64,000 bases of DNA from Escherichia phage ECO07P2: the sequence record OP172785. One strand, given 5' to 3'. Numbering within the stretch: the first letter of the stretch is position 1; every line of letters starts with the position of its first letter. The notes beneath the pieces are model-generated. The model was not told the DNA's origin and did not search any database. It saw nothing but the letters and a program-made list of their open reading frames with translations. Shown here piece by piece: positions 16,990 through 25,519 of this stretch. The position numbers and the translations under genes were made by a program.

Positions 16990-17265
16990 TTATTTCATAT
17001 TATTGAAATATTCTTCAGCGATTTCGTCGTTATCATGGTAAACTTTAGAAGACAGTTTAACATAACTTTCAGCAGTGAACATGTTAATCACAACCTTTAC
17101 AGTATACCACTGACCATCTTCATTACCCATTACTGCATAGGTTTCAAACATCGGATGGTCAGGACCGATAACTTTAATATCATTCACTGTACGACCGAAA
17201 TCTTCTGAAACACATTTCATAAAGAAGTTGAACAGTTCGCCGTAATTATCCATTTCATTCTCCAA
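16990..17265 (-). CDS. hypothetical protein (91 aa)
   Basis: ORF in track, immediately downstream of an early promoter. Confidence 0.5.
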   Translation of the reverse strand: MENEMDNYGELFNFFMKCVSEDFGRTVNDIKVIGPDHPMFETYAVMGNEDGQWYTVKVVINMFTAESYVKLSSKVYHDNDEIAEEYFNNMK

Positions 17266-17296
17266 GTTGTTTTCTGTATCAGTAGTTGATAGTTGT

Positions 17297-17326
17297 ATAG
17301 TACCACGGAAGAACAGAGATGTAAAC
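17297..17326 (-). promoter_or_regulatory. T4-type early promoter
   Basis: gtaaac 17321-17326, atagta 17297-17302, spacer 18; flanking sequence nearly identical to promoters at 34-63 and 1476-1505. Confidence 0.65.
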
Positions 17327-17455
17327 AGTTTTGTGAAAAATTTTAAAAAGTTTTAGGGAATTCTAGGGCAGGGAGGGGCAATTAAAGGATAGGATAATAT
17401 ATTATAAAGGGTAGAAACTAAATGATGTCTAGAGAGGCCTGGAAAGGCCTAGATA

Positions 17456-17486
17456 CCAAAAAGCCCCAACCCTTTGGCTAGGGCTA
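17456..17486 (-). terminator. rho-independent terminator (minus strand)
   Basis: minus RNA AGCCCUAGCC-AAAG-GGUUGGGGCU followed by U5, just after stop of CTS gene 17493-17966. Confidence 0.6.
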
Positions 17487-17492
17487 AGAATG

Positions 17493-17966
17493 TTATTTGA
17501 TCTGTTTAGCAGACCAAATGCGGTCTTTAATAATTTTTTGGATGTCTTCAACATACTCAAGAGAGTGAGCATGTGGGTTATCTTTGAAACTATAAGCACG
17601 AGCCAGTTTTTGGCCTTCAGTTTTGATTACTAAAAGCTCTTTAAGGATAGCTTCATATTTGGAGATAATTCCTTTAACAATATTTTTTTCTTGTACAGCT
17701 TTAGGATCTGCTTTAGGAGCAGGTTTACCTGAAGCCTTTGCAAAAGCAGCTCCAGTAGCAACTAAACTTTTCCAAGCCATACTAACTGCATTCCCTGTAA
17801 ATCCTTCGGCTTTCATATCACGAGCAAATTGGAATCGTGATTCATCGGAAGCATCTTTATAGGAATATTTACCCGCGGCAATGGCAGCTTTTGCAACAGC
17901 TTGAATTTCAGTGCTAGATGCTTCATTTAACACAGCTTCATTTAAAAATTGAGCATATGATTTCAT
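17493..17966 (-). CDS. CTS protein (internal-protein-like, 157 aa)
   Basis: N-terminus MKSYAQFLNEAV resembles the CTS; Ala/Lys-rich body; own late promoter and flanking terminators. Confidence 0.6.
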   Translation of the reverse strand: MKSYAQFLNEAVLNEASSTEIQAVAKAAIAAGKYSYKDASDESRFQFARDMKAEGFTGNAVSMAWKSLVATGAAFAKASGKPAPKADPKAVQEKNIVKGIISKYEAILKELLVIKTEGQKLARAYSFKDNPHAHSLEYVEDIQKIIKDRIWSAKQIK

Positions 17967-18002
17967 CTTATTTCCTGTTTTAATTCGTGGTTTTAATATA
18001 CT

Positions 18003-18010
18003 TATTTATA
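18003..18010 (-). promoter_or_regulatory. late promoter (TATAAATA on minus strand)
   Basis: plus-strand tatttata 18003-18010, about 37 nt upstream of ATG at 17966. Confidence 0.55.
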
Positions 18011-18013
18011 CTA

Positions 18014-18040
18014 AAAAGCCCCAACCTTTCGGTCGGGGCT
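18014..18040 (-). terminator. rho-independent terminator with GAAA loop (minus strand)
   Basis: minus RNA AGCCCCGACC-GAAA-GGUUGGGGCU followed by U5; ends transcription coming from tRNA and small-RNA region. Confidence 0.65.
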
Positions 18041-18045
18041 AAGCC

Positions 18046-18351
18046 TTGCGGCAACCTTGTCGGGGTTCCACCTGCTAAGGCAAGTGTTTGTACGAAACGC
18101 CGGGACTTGAACCCGGTTATTAAGTAGTTGACGCTACTCAATATTTTTAAAAGGCCATATCTCGACCATATCCGAACGTTCCGTCAAAAACGCTACTCGG
18201 CTTACGGCAAAGATATTTCCTCGAATCGATAATTCGGTGCGCCGTTTCTGCTGTGATGTAAGGGGATATTAACAAATCGTAAAGATTTATTAAGACCAGT
18301 CCTTACTCAGGGAACATCAGTCCGACGACTTACCGGTAGCGACCCGGTTTC
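18046..18351 (-). ncRNA. ORF-free structured region; candidate stable small RNAs (position of T4 RNA species 1 and 2)
   Basis: 306 bp without ORF between terminator and tRNA cluster; minus strand carries a T-arm-like CCGGGTTCAAGTCCCGG; in T4 two stable RNAs lie distal to tRNA-Arg. Confidence 0.35.
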
Positions 18352-18702
18352 TTAATATTCTTTTAAAGCATCAATCTGTTCACGGCGTTTACGCCATAAA
18401 TCAATTGCCTCATACGCGGATTCAGCATTTCGAATTGGACGGCATTTATATAAAGACTTATGATTTTGATATTGCGTAGATAACGGAATTTTATCTAAAA
18501 GGTCTTTACGTTCAAAGTATTCGTAACCATCTAAACCAAATGAACGATTTTTGAGAAATTGCCAATGACCATATTCGTTTTCGACATAAACATAATCTGC
18601 ATGCTGATAAAGTAAATTAATTACACGTTCAGAAATAACAGTGTCATTGTGATTAAAATAGAATGTTAAATCATGAACTACTAAATAAACATTACCTTTC
18701 AT
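18352..18702 (-). CDS. hypothetical protein (116 aa) embedded in tRNA region
   Basis: ORF in track ending 16 nt before tRNA-Arg. Confidence 0.5.
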   Translation of the reverse strand: MKGNVYLVVHDLTFYFNHNDTVISERVINLLYQHADYVYVENEYGHWQFLKNRSFGLDGYEYFERKDLLDKIPLSTQYQNHKSLYKCRPIRNAESAYEAIDLWRKRREQIDALKEY

Positions 18703-18718
18703 ATTTTCCTCACTTAAT

Positions 18719-18794
18719 TGGTCGAGGCAGTAGGGATCGAACCTACGACCTAGGACTTAGAAGGTCCTTGCTCTTCCTTCTGAGCTATGCCCCG
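18719..18794 (-). tRNA. tRNA-Arg (anticodon UCU), CCA encoded
   Basis: hand-folded cloverleaf on minus strand; anticodon loop CUUCUAA; GGTTCGATCC T-arm. Confidence 0.8.
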
Positions 18795-18798
18795 TAAT

Positions 18799-18874
18799 TG
18801 GGGTGACCGATGGGAGTCGAACCCATGACTACGAGAATCACAATCTCGAGTTCTACCAACTGAACTACGGCCAC
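18799..18874 (-). tRNA. tRNA-His (anticodon GUG) with extra 5-prime G
   Basis: anticodon arm CGAGA-UUGUGAU-UCUCG; G-1 pairs with C73; T-arm GGGTTCGACTCCC. Confidence 0.7.
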
Positions 18875-18988
18875 ATTAATATCTACTCCAACAATCAAGA
18901 TGTCTTCACACGAAATTAAGAGAAGAGTGATCAGTTCAACCCCGATAATCGCGTCAAGTAGATATTAATGTGACAGTTGTCACAAATT

Positions 18989-19063
18989 TGGCGGACGTGA
19001 TAGGATTCGAACCTATAACCAATCGCTTAACAGGCGATCGCTCTGCCATTGAGCTACACATCC
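18989..19063 (-). tRNA. tRNA-Asn (anticodon GUU)
   Basis: anticodon arm ATCGC-CUGUUAA-GCGAT; T-arm ATAGG-TTCGAAT-CCTAT. Confidence 0.7.
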
Positions 19064-19067
19064 AAAT

Positions 19068-19154
19068 TGGTGGGGAGTGATGGAGTCGAACCACCCGAGT
19101 CGCAATGACAATGGATTTACAGTCCACACCGCTACCTCTACGGGATAACTCCCC
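19068..19154 (-). tRNA. tRNA-Tyr (anticodon GUA), long variable arm
   Basis: acceptor GGGGAGT/ACTCCCC; anticodon loop CUGUAAA; class II length 87 nt. Confidence 0.65.
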
Positions 19155-19167
19155 TTAATTCTTAATT

Positions 19168-19242
19168 TGGTGGCCCTGGGTGGAATTGAACCACCATCTG
19201 GCGATTATGAGTCGCTTGCTTGAACCTTCCAGCTACAGGGCC
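19168..19242 (-). tRNA. tRNA with CAU anticodon (T4 tRNA-Ile-like; Met by anticodon alone)
   Basis: anticodon loop CUCAUAA; adjacent to tRNA-Thr as the T4 Thr-Ile pair. Confidence 0.65.
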
Positions 19243-19243
19243 T

Positions 19244-19319
19244 TGGTGCTGATTGACGGAATCGAACCGCCGACCTTCTCATTACAAGTGAGTTGCTCTA
19301 CCTACTGAGCTAAATCAGC
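19244..19319 (-). tRNA. tRNA-Thr (anticodon UGU)
   Basis: acceptor GCTGATT/AATCAGC; anticodon loop CUUGUAA; T-arm GGCGG-TTCGATT-CCGTC. Confidence 0.75.
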
Positions 19320-19324
19320 AAAAC

Positions 19325-19414
19325 TGGCGGAGGCGATAGGATTTGAACCTATGAGTCGCCGGAGCGACTGCCGGTTTTCAAGACCGGTGCATTAAACCAC
19401 TCTGCCACGCCTCC
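19325..19414 (-). tRNA. tRNA-Ser (anticodon UGA), long variable arm
   Basis: anticodon arm CCGGT-CUUGAAA-ACCGG; 90 nt class II. Confidence 0.75.
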
Positions 19415-19416
19415 AG

Positions 19417-19490
19417 TCTCCATACAAGGATTTGAACCTTGGACCTCCTGATCCCAAATCAGGCGCTCTACCAAACTGAGCTACACGGAG
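19417..19490 (-). tRNA. tRNA-Pro (anticodon UGG), CCA not encoded
   Basis: anticodon arm CCTGA-UUUGGGA-TCAGG; only 2 nt from tRNA-Ser 5-prime end (dimeric precursor as in T4). Confidence 0.75.
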
Positions 19491-19500
19491 TAAATTAAAT

Positions 19501-19574
<74 letters not shown>

Positions 19575-19579
19575 AAATT

Positions 19580-19666
19580 TGGTGCGAGAAGTGGGACTCG
19601 AACCCACAAGGAAATCATTCCGCAGCATTTTAAGTGCTGTGCCTTTACCAATTTGACCATTCTCGC
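19580..19666 (-). tRNA. tRNA-Leu (anticodon UAA), long variable arm
   Basis: anticodon arm CAGCA-CUUAAAA-TGCTG; 87 nt. Confidence 0.75.
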
Positions 19667-19667
19667 G

Positions 19668-19740
19668 CTGGGAATAAAGGACTCGAACCTTTGCATCCTG
19701 GAATCAAAATCCAGTGCCTTACCAACTTGGCTAATTCCCA
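19668..19740 (-). tRNA. tRNA-Gln (anticodon UUG), CCA not encoded
   Basis: acceptor TGGGAAT/ATTCCCA; anticodon arm CTGGA-UUUUGAU-TCCAG; 1 nt from tRNA-Leu (Gln-Leu dimeric precursor). Confidence 0.75.
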
Positions 19741-19837
19741 ATTATTAACAAAGGCTCTCAAGCAAGAACCCTTGATGATAGAGGGTATTAATCAGTGCGA
19801 TATGAGTTAATAATAACAAATAATTCTTAAAGCATAT

Positions 19838-20125
19838 TTACCATTTATGATAATACATATTTACGATGCATTCAAGACCCAAAGGATTCTTGAAAATATC
19901 ATATTCAAGAGGACCTTTTTCTGTTTCAATAAAGAAATCAAAATTTACTGTATTAAATTTACGGTCTTCCTTCACTAATTTAACTTGAGAAGATGAACGG
20001 TCAATGTAAACCTTTTCAACTTCAAAACATGTTAAAATGCCATAATCATCAATCAAGGCTTTAGCCGCATCTTGATCATATTTATATCCATTTTCAATGG
20101 ACGATACTTTCGCATAAAGAATCAT
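19838..20125 (-). CDS. hypothetical protein (95 aa)
   Basis: ORF in track. Confidence 0.5.
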   Translation of the reverse strand: MILYAKVSSIENGYKYDQDAAKALIDDYGILTCFEVEKVYIDRSSSQVKLVKEDRKFNTVNFDFFIETEKGPLEYDIFKNPLGLECIVNMYYHKW

Positions 20126-20127
20126 TA

Positions 20128-20532
20128 TTAACCTTTATCAACAATAGTATGTGTATGGGCATTTACAATTTGCCACCAGTCGAAACTATCGCCAAATCGT
20201 TTTGATTTATTGTCTTCAATAATTTGGCGTAATTCATCTTCTGTTTCAGCATACGCAATCAAATCATCATATCCACCGCAAGGATAGTAATTATCGCCTG
20301 CGAACAAAAGAAAATTTACTTTAGATGGGTCTACATAATAATGCTCTTTAGGATATTTAGTTCCTTTCCAATCAGTTACTTCAACATAACGGTAAGAAAA
20401 TCCATTTTTACTTTCAACCCAACTCCACGCTTCAAAAGGAGTATTAAAAACTCTATCAGGTATTAAATTACCTTCAAAATGAGAAGGATTTGCATAATCC
20501 CCAGCATAAACATAATATTCGTTAATATTCAT
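20128..20532 (-). CDS. hypothetical protein (134 aa), Trp/Tyr-rich
   Basis: ORF in track. Confidence 0.5.
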   Translation of the reverse strand: MNINEYYVYAGDYANPSHFEGNLIPDRVFNTPFEAWSWVESKNGFSYRYVEVTDWKGTKYPKEHYYVDPSKVNFLLFAGDNYYPCGGYDDLIAYAETEDELRQIIEDNKSKRFGDSFDWWQIVNAHTHTIVDKG

Positions 20533-20718
20533 TTATTCACCTTTAGAAATTTTATCCATAACGATAGCAATTAAACCAATTAAAAATGCTACTACAAGTG
20601 AAAACACATTTTCTGCTGTAGTTAATAATCCGCATATAAATCCAACAAACATTGAAAAACTAAAAGCAGAAGCAGAAATTGCAATAGCAACATTTCGAAT
20701 TAATTCACAACGTTTCAT
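20533..20718 (-). CDS. small membrane protein (61 aa)
   Basis: two hydrophobic helices in translation. Confidence 0.45.
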   Translation of the reverse strand: MKRCELIRNVAIAISASAFSFSMFVGFICGLLTTAENVFSLVVAFLIGLIAIVMDKISKGE

Positions 20719-20746
20719 TTTATTCTCCTCAGTAGTTGATAGGGTA

Positions 20747-20776
20747 ATAATATCACTACCCCATCTAAAAGTAAAC
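20747..20776 (-). promoter_or_regulatory. T4-type early promoter
   Basis: gtaaac 20771-20776, ataata 20747-20752 (TATTAT), spacer 18. Confidence 0.6.
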
Positions 20777-20786
20777 GGTTTATAAA

Positions 20787-21095
20787 CTATTTTATTCCGC
20801 GTGATGCAATTGTGTTCTGCCGTTTAACACCAGTTTGTTTAAAGTCATGATTGTCGATTTGATCGGTACGAGCAACACCGAATGATGATTTAATCTTAGC
20901 TTTAGATCCTTTAGTTATAGAAATAAACATCTCGGAAGCCCCTTTCTTAAAGTCCGAGGCGATTACTTCAACGCCGTTCTTAGCAAGTGACCTCAGAATT
21001 GCCTCCGCGTACTCATCATCAAGACTCGCCTGAGTATTAATAACGAATGTCTTTGGTGCAGCCGCTTCATTGATAAATTCTTGATATGTTTTCAT
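20787..21095 (-). CDS. CTS protein (internal-protein-like, about 102 aa)
   Basis: MKTYQEFINEAAAPK from ATG at 21095; an upstream in-frame ATG at 21107 would add 4 residues. Confidence 0.65.
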   Translation of the reverse strand: MKTYQEFINEAAAPKTFVINTQASLDDEYAEAILRSLAKNGVEVIASDFKKGASEMFISITKGSKAKIKSSFGVARTDQIDNHDFKQTGVKRQNTIASRGIK

Positions 21096-21129
21096 TTTGA
21101 TTTCCATTTAGTTTTGTTTTGATAGTGTA

Positions 21130-21159
21130 ATAGTATCACAACTAAACCACCGTGTAAAC
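21130..21159 (-). promoter_or_regulatory. T4-type early promoter
   Basis: gtaaac 21154-21159, atagta 21130-21135, spacer 18. Confidence 0.6.
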
Positions 21160-21162
21160 AAT

Positions 21163-21435
21163 TTATTTTAAATAAATTGCATATTTTTTATAACCAGCCG
21201 TCTCGTGACGCAGACCTTTTTCATTAGCAAAGCGTTCAATATTATTAATTTGATTCTGATCAAGTTCTGAAATATCAAATACAAAAAAGTTTCGTTTATT
21301 TCCTAACGTTACATGATTCGTCAAATCAATGTTATAAAGATGATTTATATTATCAATCATAGTCTTAACAGATTTGCTAATTTTTACTTCTTCATTAAGA
21401 GCAGATTCAACGATAAACTCTTTGAAAGTTTTCAT
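21163..21435 (-). CDS. CTS protein at the ipI position (internal protein I-like)
   Basis: 90 aa; N-terminus MKTFKEFIVESA; located just upstream of 57B as T4 ipI. Confidence 0.7.
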   Translation of the reverse strand: MKTFKEFIVESALNEEVKISKSVKTMIDNINHLYNIDLTNHVTLGNKRNFFVFDISELDQNQINNIERFANEKGLRHETAGYKKYAIYLK

Positions 21436-21465
21436 TTTATTTTCCTAATTAATTTTGATGAGGTA

Positions 21466-21495
21466 ATAGTATCACTACCTCATCAACGTGTAAAC
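21466..21495 (-). promoter_or_regulatory. T4-type early promoter
   Basis: gtaaac 21490-21495, atagta 21466-21471, spacer 18. Confidence 0.6.
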
Positions 21496-21507
21496 AACTT
21501 TGTGAAA

Positions 21508-22204
<697 letters not shown>

Positions 22205-22205
<1 letters not shown>

Positions 22206-22918
22206 TATAGTACCTTTAGTGTATTTTTAATTTTAGAAAAAAGTTCTTCAAGAGAACCATCGTTTGTAATTACTAAATCGCCATCACGAATTGGCAATCC
22301 AGCTTCTGTAATATGAGTATCATTGGATTTTTGACCAGGACGAACTACATGAATTACTGTAGCACCCATCGCCCTAGCCGCATCCATTTCATGATCTTGA
22401 CGAGTATCAGGAACGATATAATAATCATAACCTGAGTTAAATTTATCAAGATAATCTAAAGCAAATAATTTTACCCAATACATGCGGTCGAAGTTATTAA
22501 CAATCAAATCCGTACCTAGGGCTTGCATCAGACGACGGACTGACCATTGATCTTCAATATTATTTATAACGTCAGCAATCTTGTTAAATGCTACGAAATT
22601 AACTGCGTCATCAAAAACAAACACACCTTTAATTGGGCTTTTACTATTAAGATAACAAAATGCTTGTTCCATAATCGTAATTACTTCTAATTTAGTCAGA
22701 TTTAAATTAGTCTCACGATCATAGTCAATTCCTTCAAACTCTTTACGAGTTAAGCAAGGATAGTCAGTGTTTGCTACAAATACGCCCCATGCATAAGCCA
22801 ATGCATCTTTAATAGGACCAGCAAGTTGATATTTAACTGCAGAATAATTATTCATGATAAAATCTGCAGTAGTATCTTTTCCACTACGCTTTACACCACT
22901 TAAAAAGATTAGTTTCAT
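22205..22918 (-). CDS. 1: deoxynucleoside monophosphate kinase gp1
   Basis: 237 aa; N-terminal P-loop MKLIFLSGVKRSGKDT as in T4 gp1. Confidence 0.9.
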
Positions 22919-22967
22919 ATGTTTCTCCTCAAATTTAGTTAAGATTATAACACATGAAACTGAAGCA

Positions 22968-23498
22968 TTAAACTTCTGCTATAATTTTACCATCTTTTTC
23001 TACTTGAAAATACGTATAAGGAATCGTTGCTGTACATACTAAAGCTGGGTCTGAATCTTCTGTGTAGCTAAATTCTACTTCAGACAGGTCAGAAACCCAA
23101 GGCTTATAAAAATTTATTGACATCACGATTTCAGTTTTACTATTATCTAAAATGTAAAGCGTAATGTATTCAGGACCTGTTTTTTGGGCAGTATTTTCGC
23201 CTGTAAGATAGTTACTAGTTCCTAACATCCATTCATACATTCCTATCCACGACTTAAGCTCTTCATCAACTATAAATCTCACGATGAGTGGGTCGTACTC
23301 AAATGTAACACCTGGACGTTGTGCTCTGCCCAGTCCAAACGGCCCAGTCACGGTATCAGTAACAGGTATCCTAATTCCCGGAATAGGAACTGACTGAGCA
23401 TTTAAAGTAAAAGCAGATGTAGTATTACTATGAGGTATTGATACTACAAAGTTAGTTGTATTTGCTTGGTTAAAAATTTGTTGTAGTGCTTGCGACAT
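22968..23498 (-). CDS. 3: tail completion and sheath stabiliser gp3
   Basis: start placed at MSQALQQ (ATG 23498, GAGGAA SD) giving 176 aa as in T4. Confidence 0.75.
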   Translation of the reverse strand: MSQALQQIFNQANTTNFVVSIPHSNTTSAFTLNAQSVPIPGIRIPVTDTVTGPFGLGRAQRPGVTFEYDPLIVRFIVDEELKSWIGMYEWMLGTSNYLTGENTAQKTGPEYITLYILDNSKTEIVMSINFYKPWVSDLSEVEFSYTEDSDPALVCTATIPYTYFQVEKDGKIIAEV

Positions 23499-23604
23499 AT
23501 ATTCCTCATAATGCTTCATAAATGTTAGTGGTATAATGGGTCTAAGTCCCTTCCATTCAATTCCAATTAGAACAAACAATAGAAAAGAATGGAAGATAAT
23601 AGAA

Positions 23605-24429
23605 TTAGATATTTGACCAGACTTTGTTTGCAGAGAAACGTTTTCCTTTTGAAACGAACTGCTGAAGTGGCATTAATACAACGTTCGCCCAGTCTTTCGG
23701 GGCGATTTCAACAAGGCTACCCATGATATTACCAGGTATATATGCCTTAATCATTTGGTCTGCACCTCTAAATCCTTTCACTTGACTCCAATCAATTTTT
23801 AATTTCGTTTTATTAGTAATAGTAGGTGTATTCGAATATTGCTTTAAAAGCTCTTCTAGAAATTGCTGACGAGCTTTAGGTGGAATATAGTGCAAGTTCA
23901 ATCCATACATTAAATTATGTTTACCTAAACCAAGGTAAATTATCAAAGGAAATTTATCCCAGTAAGGAAGAGTTTCCTTGTGTTTAGCATCGTAAGCAAA
24001 AGCATATATTCGTCCCGGCTGCGGGCGAACAACTTTATGTCCTTTTACCTGCTTAATAGTTTCAGCAAACCACTTTCTGGTTTTATTATTAATTGCTGCG
24101 CCTTCATTACGAATTTTATCACGCAATGTTTGCCTAAATGAATTTATCATAAGCAGTTGTCTTTCTTGCTTATTGAGTTTATTCATTGGTTTTGATTCAA
24201 GATTTTGAATCTTTTCAGCTGTTTTAATTCCTGAAGCATATTTTGACATTGCCGAAGTAAACGTAGAGTATTTGATTCCTCTTTCTTCGGCAAATTGCTT
24301 TCCTGTCATTCCTTTTGCTTTGGCCTTTTTATATTCAAGACCTATCTGAATCCATTTCTTCTCGTTTAATGATTGCTTAACCTTTGGAACTTGGGGAGTG
24401 CTTTCATTAATTATTTGAAAAATAGCCAT
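23605..24429 (-). CDS. 2: DNA end protector gp2
   Basis: 274 aa, same as T4 gp2; synteny 3-2-4. Confidence 0.8.
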   Translation of the reverse strand: MAIFQIINESTPQVPKVKQSLNEKKWIQIGLEYKKAKAKGMTGKQFAEERGIKYSTFTSAMSKYASGIKTAEKIQNLESKPMNKLNKQERQLLMINSFRQTLRDKIRNEGAAINNKTRKWFAETIKQVKGHKVVRPQPGRIYAFAYDAKHKETLPYWDKFPLIIYLGLGKHNLMYGLNLHYIPPKARQQFLEELLKQYSNTPTITNKTKLKIDWSQVKGFRGADQMIKAYIPGNIMGSLVEIAPKDWANVVLMPLQQFVSKGKRFSANKVWSNI

Positions 24430-24881
24430 TATGCCCCCTTAAAGCCAAGAGCTCGTAATCCATCTTCTGTTAGAATTCTAAATTTTATTCCACGCTTTTC
24501 AGCTAAAGCTTGCGCTGCTTTCCATTTGTCAGTATTAACGGAATATGTATAAATTTCATTCATAAATCTTTTCTTCGCTGCAGTTGTTAGATGTGCTGGT
24601 TTAACTGGTGGTTGTGTTTCTTTTTTAGGTTTTATTTCAATAAAAAATTCTTGCCCAGAAGAATCTTTCATCCAAATATCCATGAAGTATCTACGTTTTT
24701 TCCCTTCTGCATTACAAAAATAAGGAATTACTGCTGTTTCACTACCCCATGCAATAATTTCTGGATTTTTATCTAACCATTCAAAAAAGAATTTTTCCCA
24801 ATTTGATCTATACGTAATTTTTTTAGGGTCACCTCTATATTTTGATATATTTTTAGGAACCCATTTTCCAGAATATGCCAT
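24429..24881 (-). CDS. 4: head completion protein gp4
   Basis: 150 aa, same as T4 gp4; AGGAG SD. Confidence 0.8.
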   Translation of the reverse strand: MAYSGKWVPKNISKYRGDPKKITYRSNWEKFFFEWLDKNPEIIAWGSETAVIPYFCNAEGKKRRYFMDIWMKDSSGQEFFIEIKPKKETQPPVKPAHLTTAAKKRFMNEIYTYSVNTDKWKAAQALAEKRGIKFRILTEDGLRALGFKGA

Positions 24882-24895
24882 TGGATTCTCCTTAT

Positions 24896-24903
24896 AAATA
24901 GAT
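24896..24903 (+). promoter_or_regulatory. late promoter TATAAATA for gene 53
   Basis: exact TATAAATA about 26 nt upstream of gp53 ATG. Confidence 0.6.
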
Positions 24904-24910
24904 AATATAT

Positions 24911-24918
24911 TTATAAAC
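24911..24918 (-). promoter_or_regulatory. late promoter (TATAAATA on minus strand) for gene 4
   Basis: plus-strand tatttata; divergent from the gene 53 promoter. Confidence 0.5.
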
Positions 24919-24928
24919 AGGAGGGCCC

Positions 24929-25519
24929 ATGCTCTTTACATTTTTTGATCCGATTGAATATGCGGCCAAAACGGTGAATAAAAACGCGCCGACTATTCCT
25001 ATGACAGATATTTTTAGAAACTATAAAGACTATTTCAAACGCGCTCTTGCGGGATATCGCTTACGTACTTATTATATTAAAGGTTCACCACGCCCGGAAG
25101 AATTAGCAAATGCTATATATGGAAATCCGCAGTTGTATTGGGTTTTATTGATGTGTAATGATAATTATGATCCGTATTATGGATGGATTACTTCGCAAGA
25201 AGCTGCTTATCAAGCATCTATACAAAAATACAAAAACGTAGGTGGAGACCAAATAGTATATCATGTGAATGAAAACGGTGAAAAATTTTATAATTTAATA
25301 TCATATGATGATAATCCATATGTTTGGTATGACAAAGGCGATAAAGCTAGAAAATATCCTCAATATGAAGGAGCTCTTGCTGCGGTCGATACGTATGAAG
25401 CTGCTGTTCTTGAAAATGAAAAACTTCGTCAAATAAAAATAATAGCAAAATCAGACATCAATTCATTTATGAACGACCTCATACGTATAATGGAGAAATC
25501 TTATGGAAATGATAAGTAA
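24929..25519 (+). CDS. 53: baseplate wedge protein gp53
   Basis: 196 aa, same length and position as T4 gp53. Confidence 0.85.
   Translation: MLFTFFDPIEYAAKTVNKNAPTIPMTDIFRNYKDYFKRALAGYRLRTYYIKGSPRPEELANAIYGNPQLYWVLLMCNDNYDPYYGWITSQEAAYQASIQKYKNVGGDQIVYHVNENGEKFYNLISYDDNPYVWYDKGDKARKYPQYEGALAAVDTYEAAVLENEKLRQIKIIAKSDINSFMNDLIRIMEKSYGNDK

Noticed and set aside
19750-19840. Possible MotA-box middle promoter (TGCTTTA, then TATTAT about 12 nt downstream) upstream of the tRNA operon
   Set aside because: Single occurrence with imperfect spacing; plausible but not strong enough from sequence alone to list as a feature.
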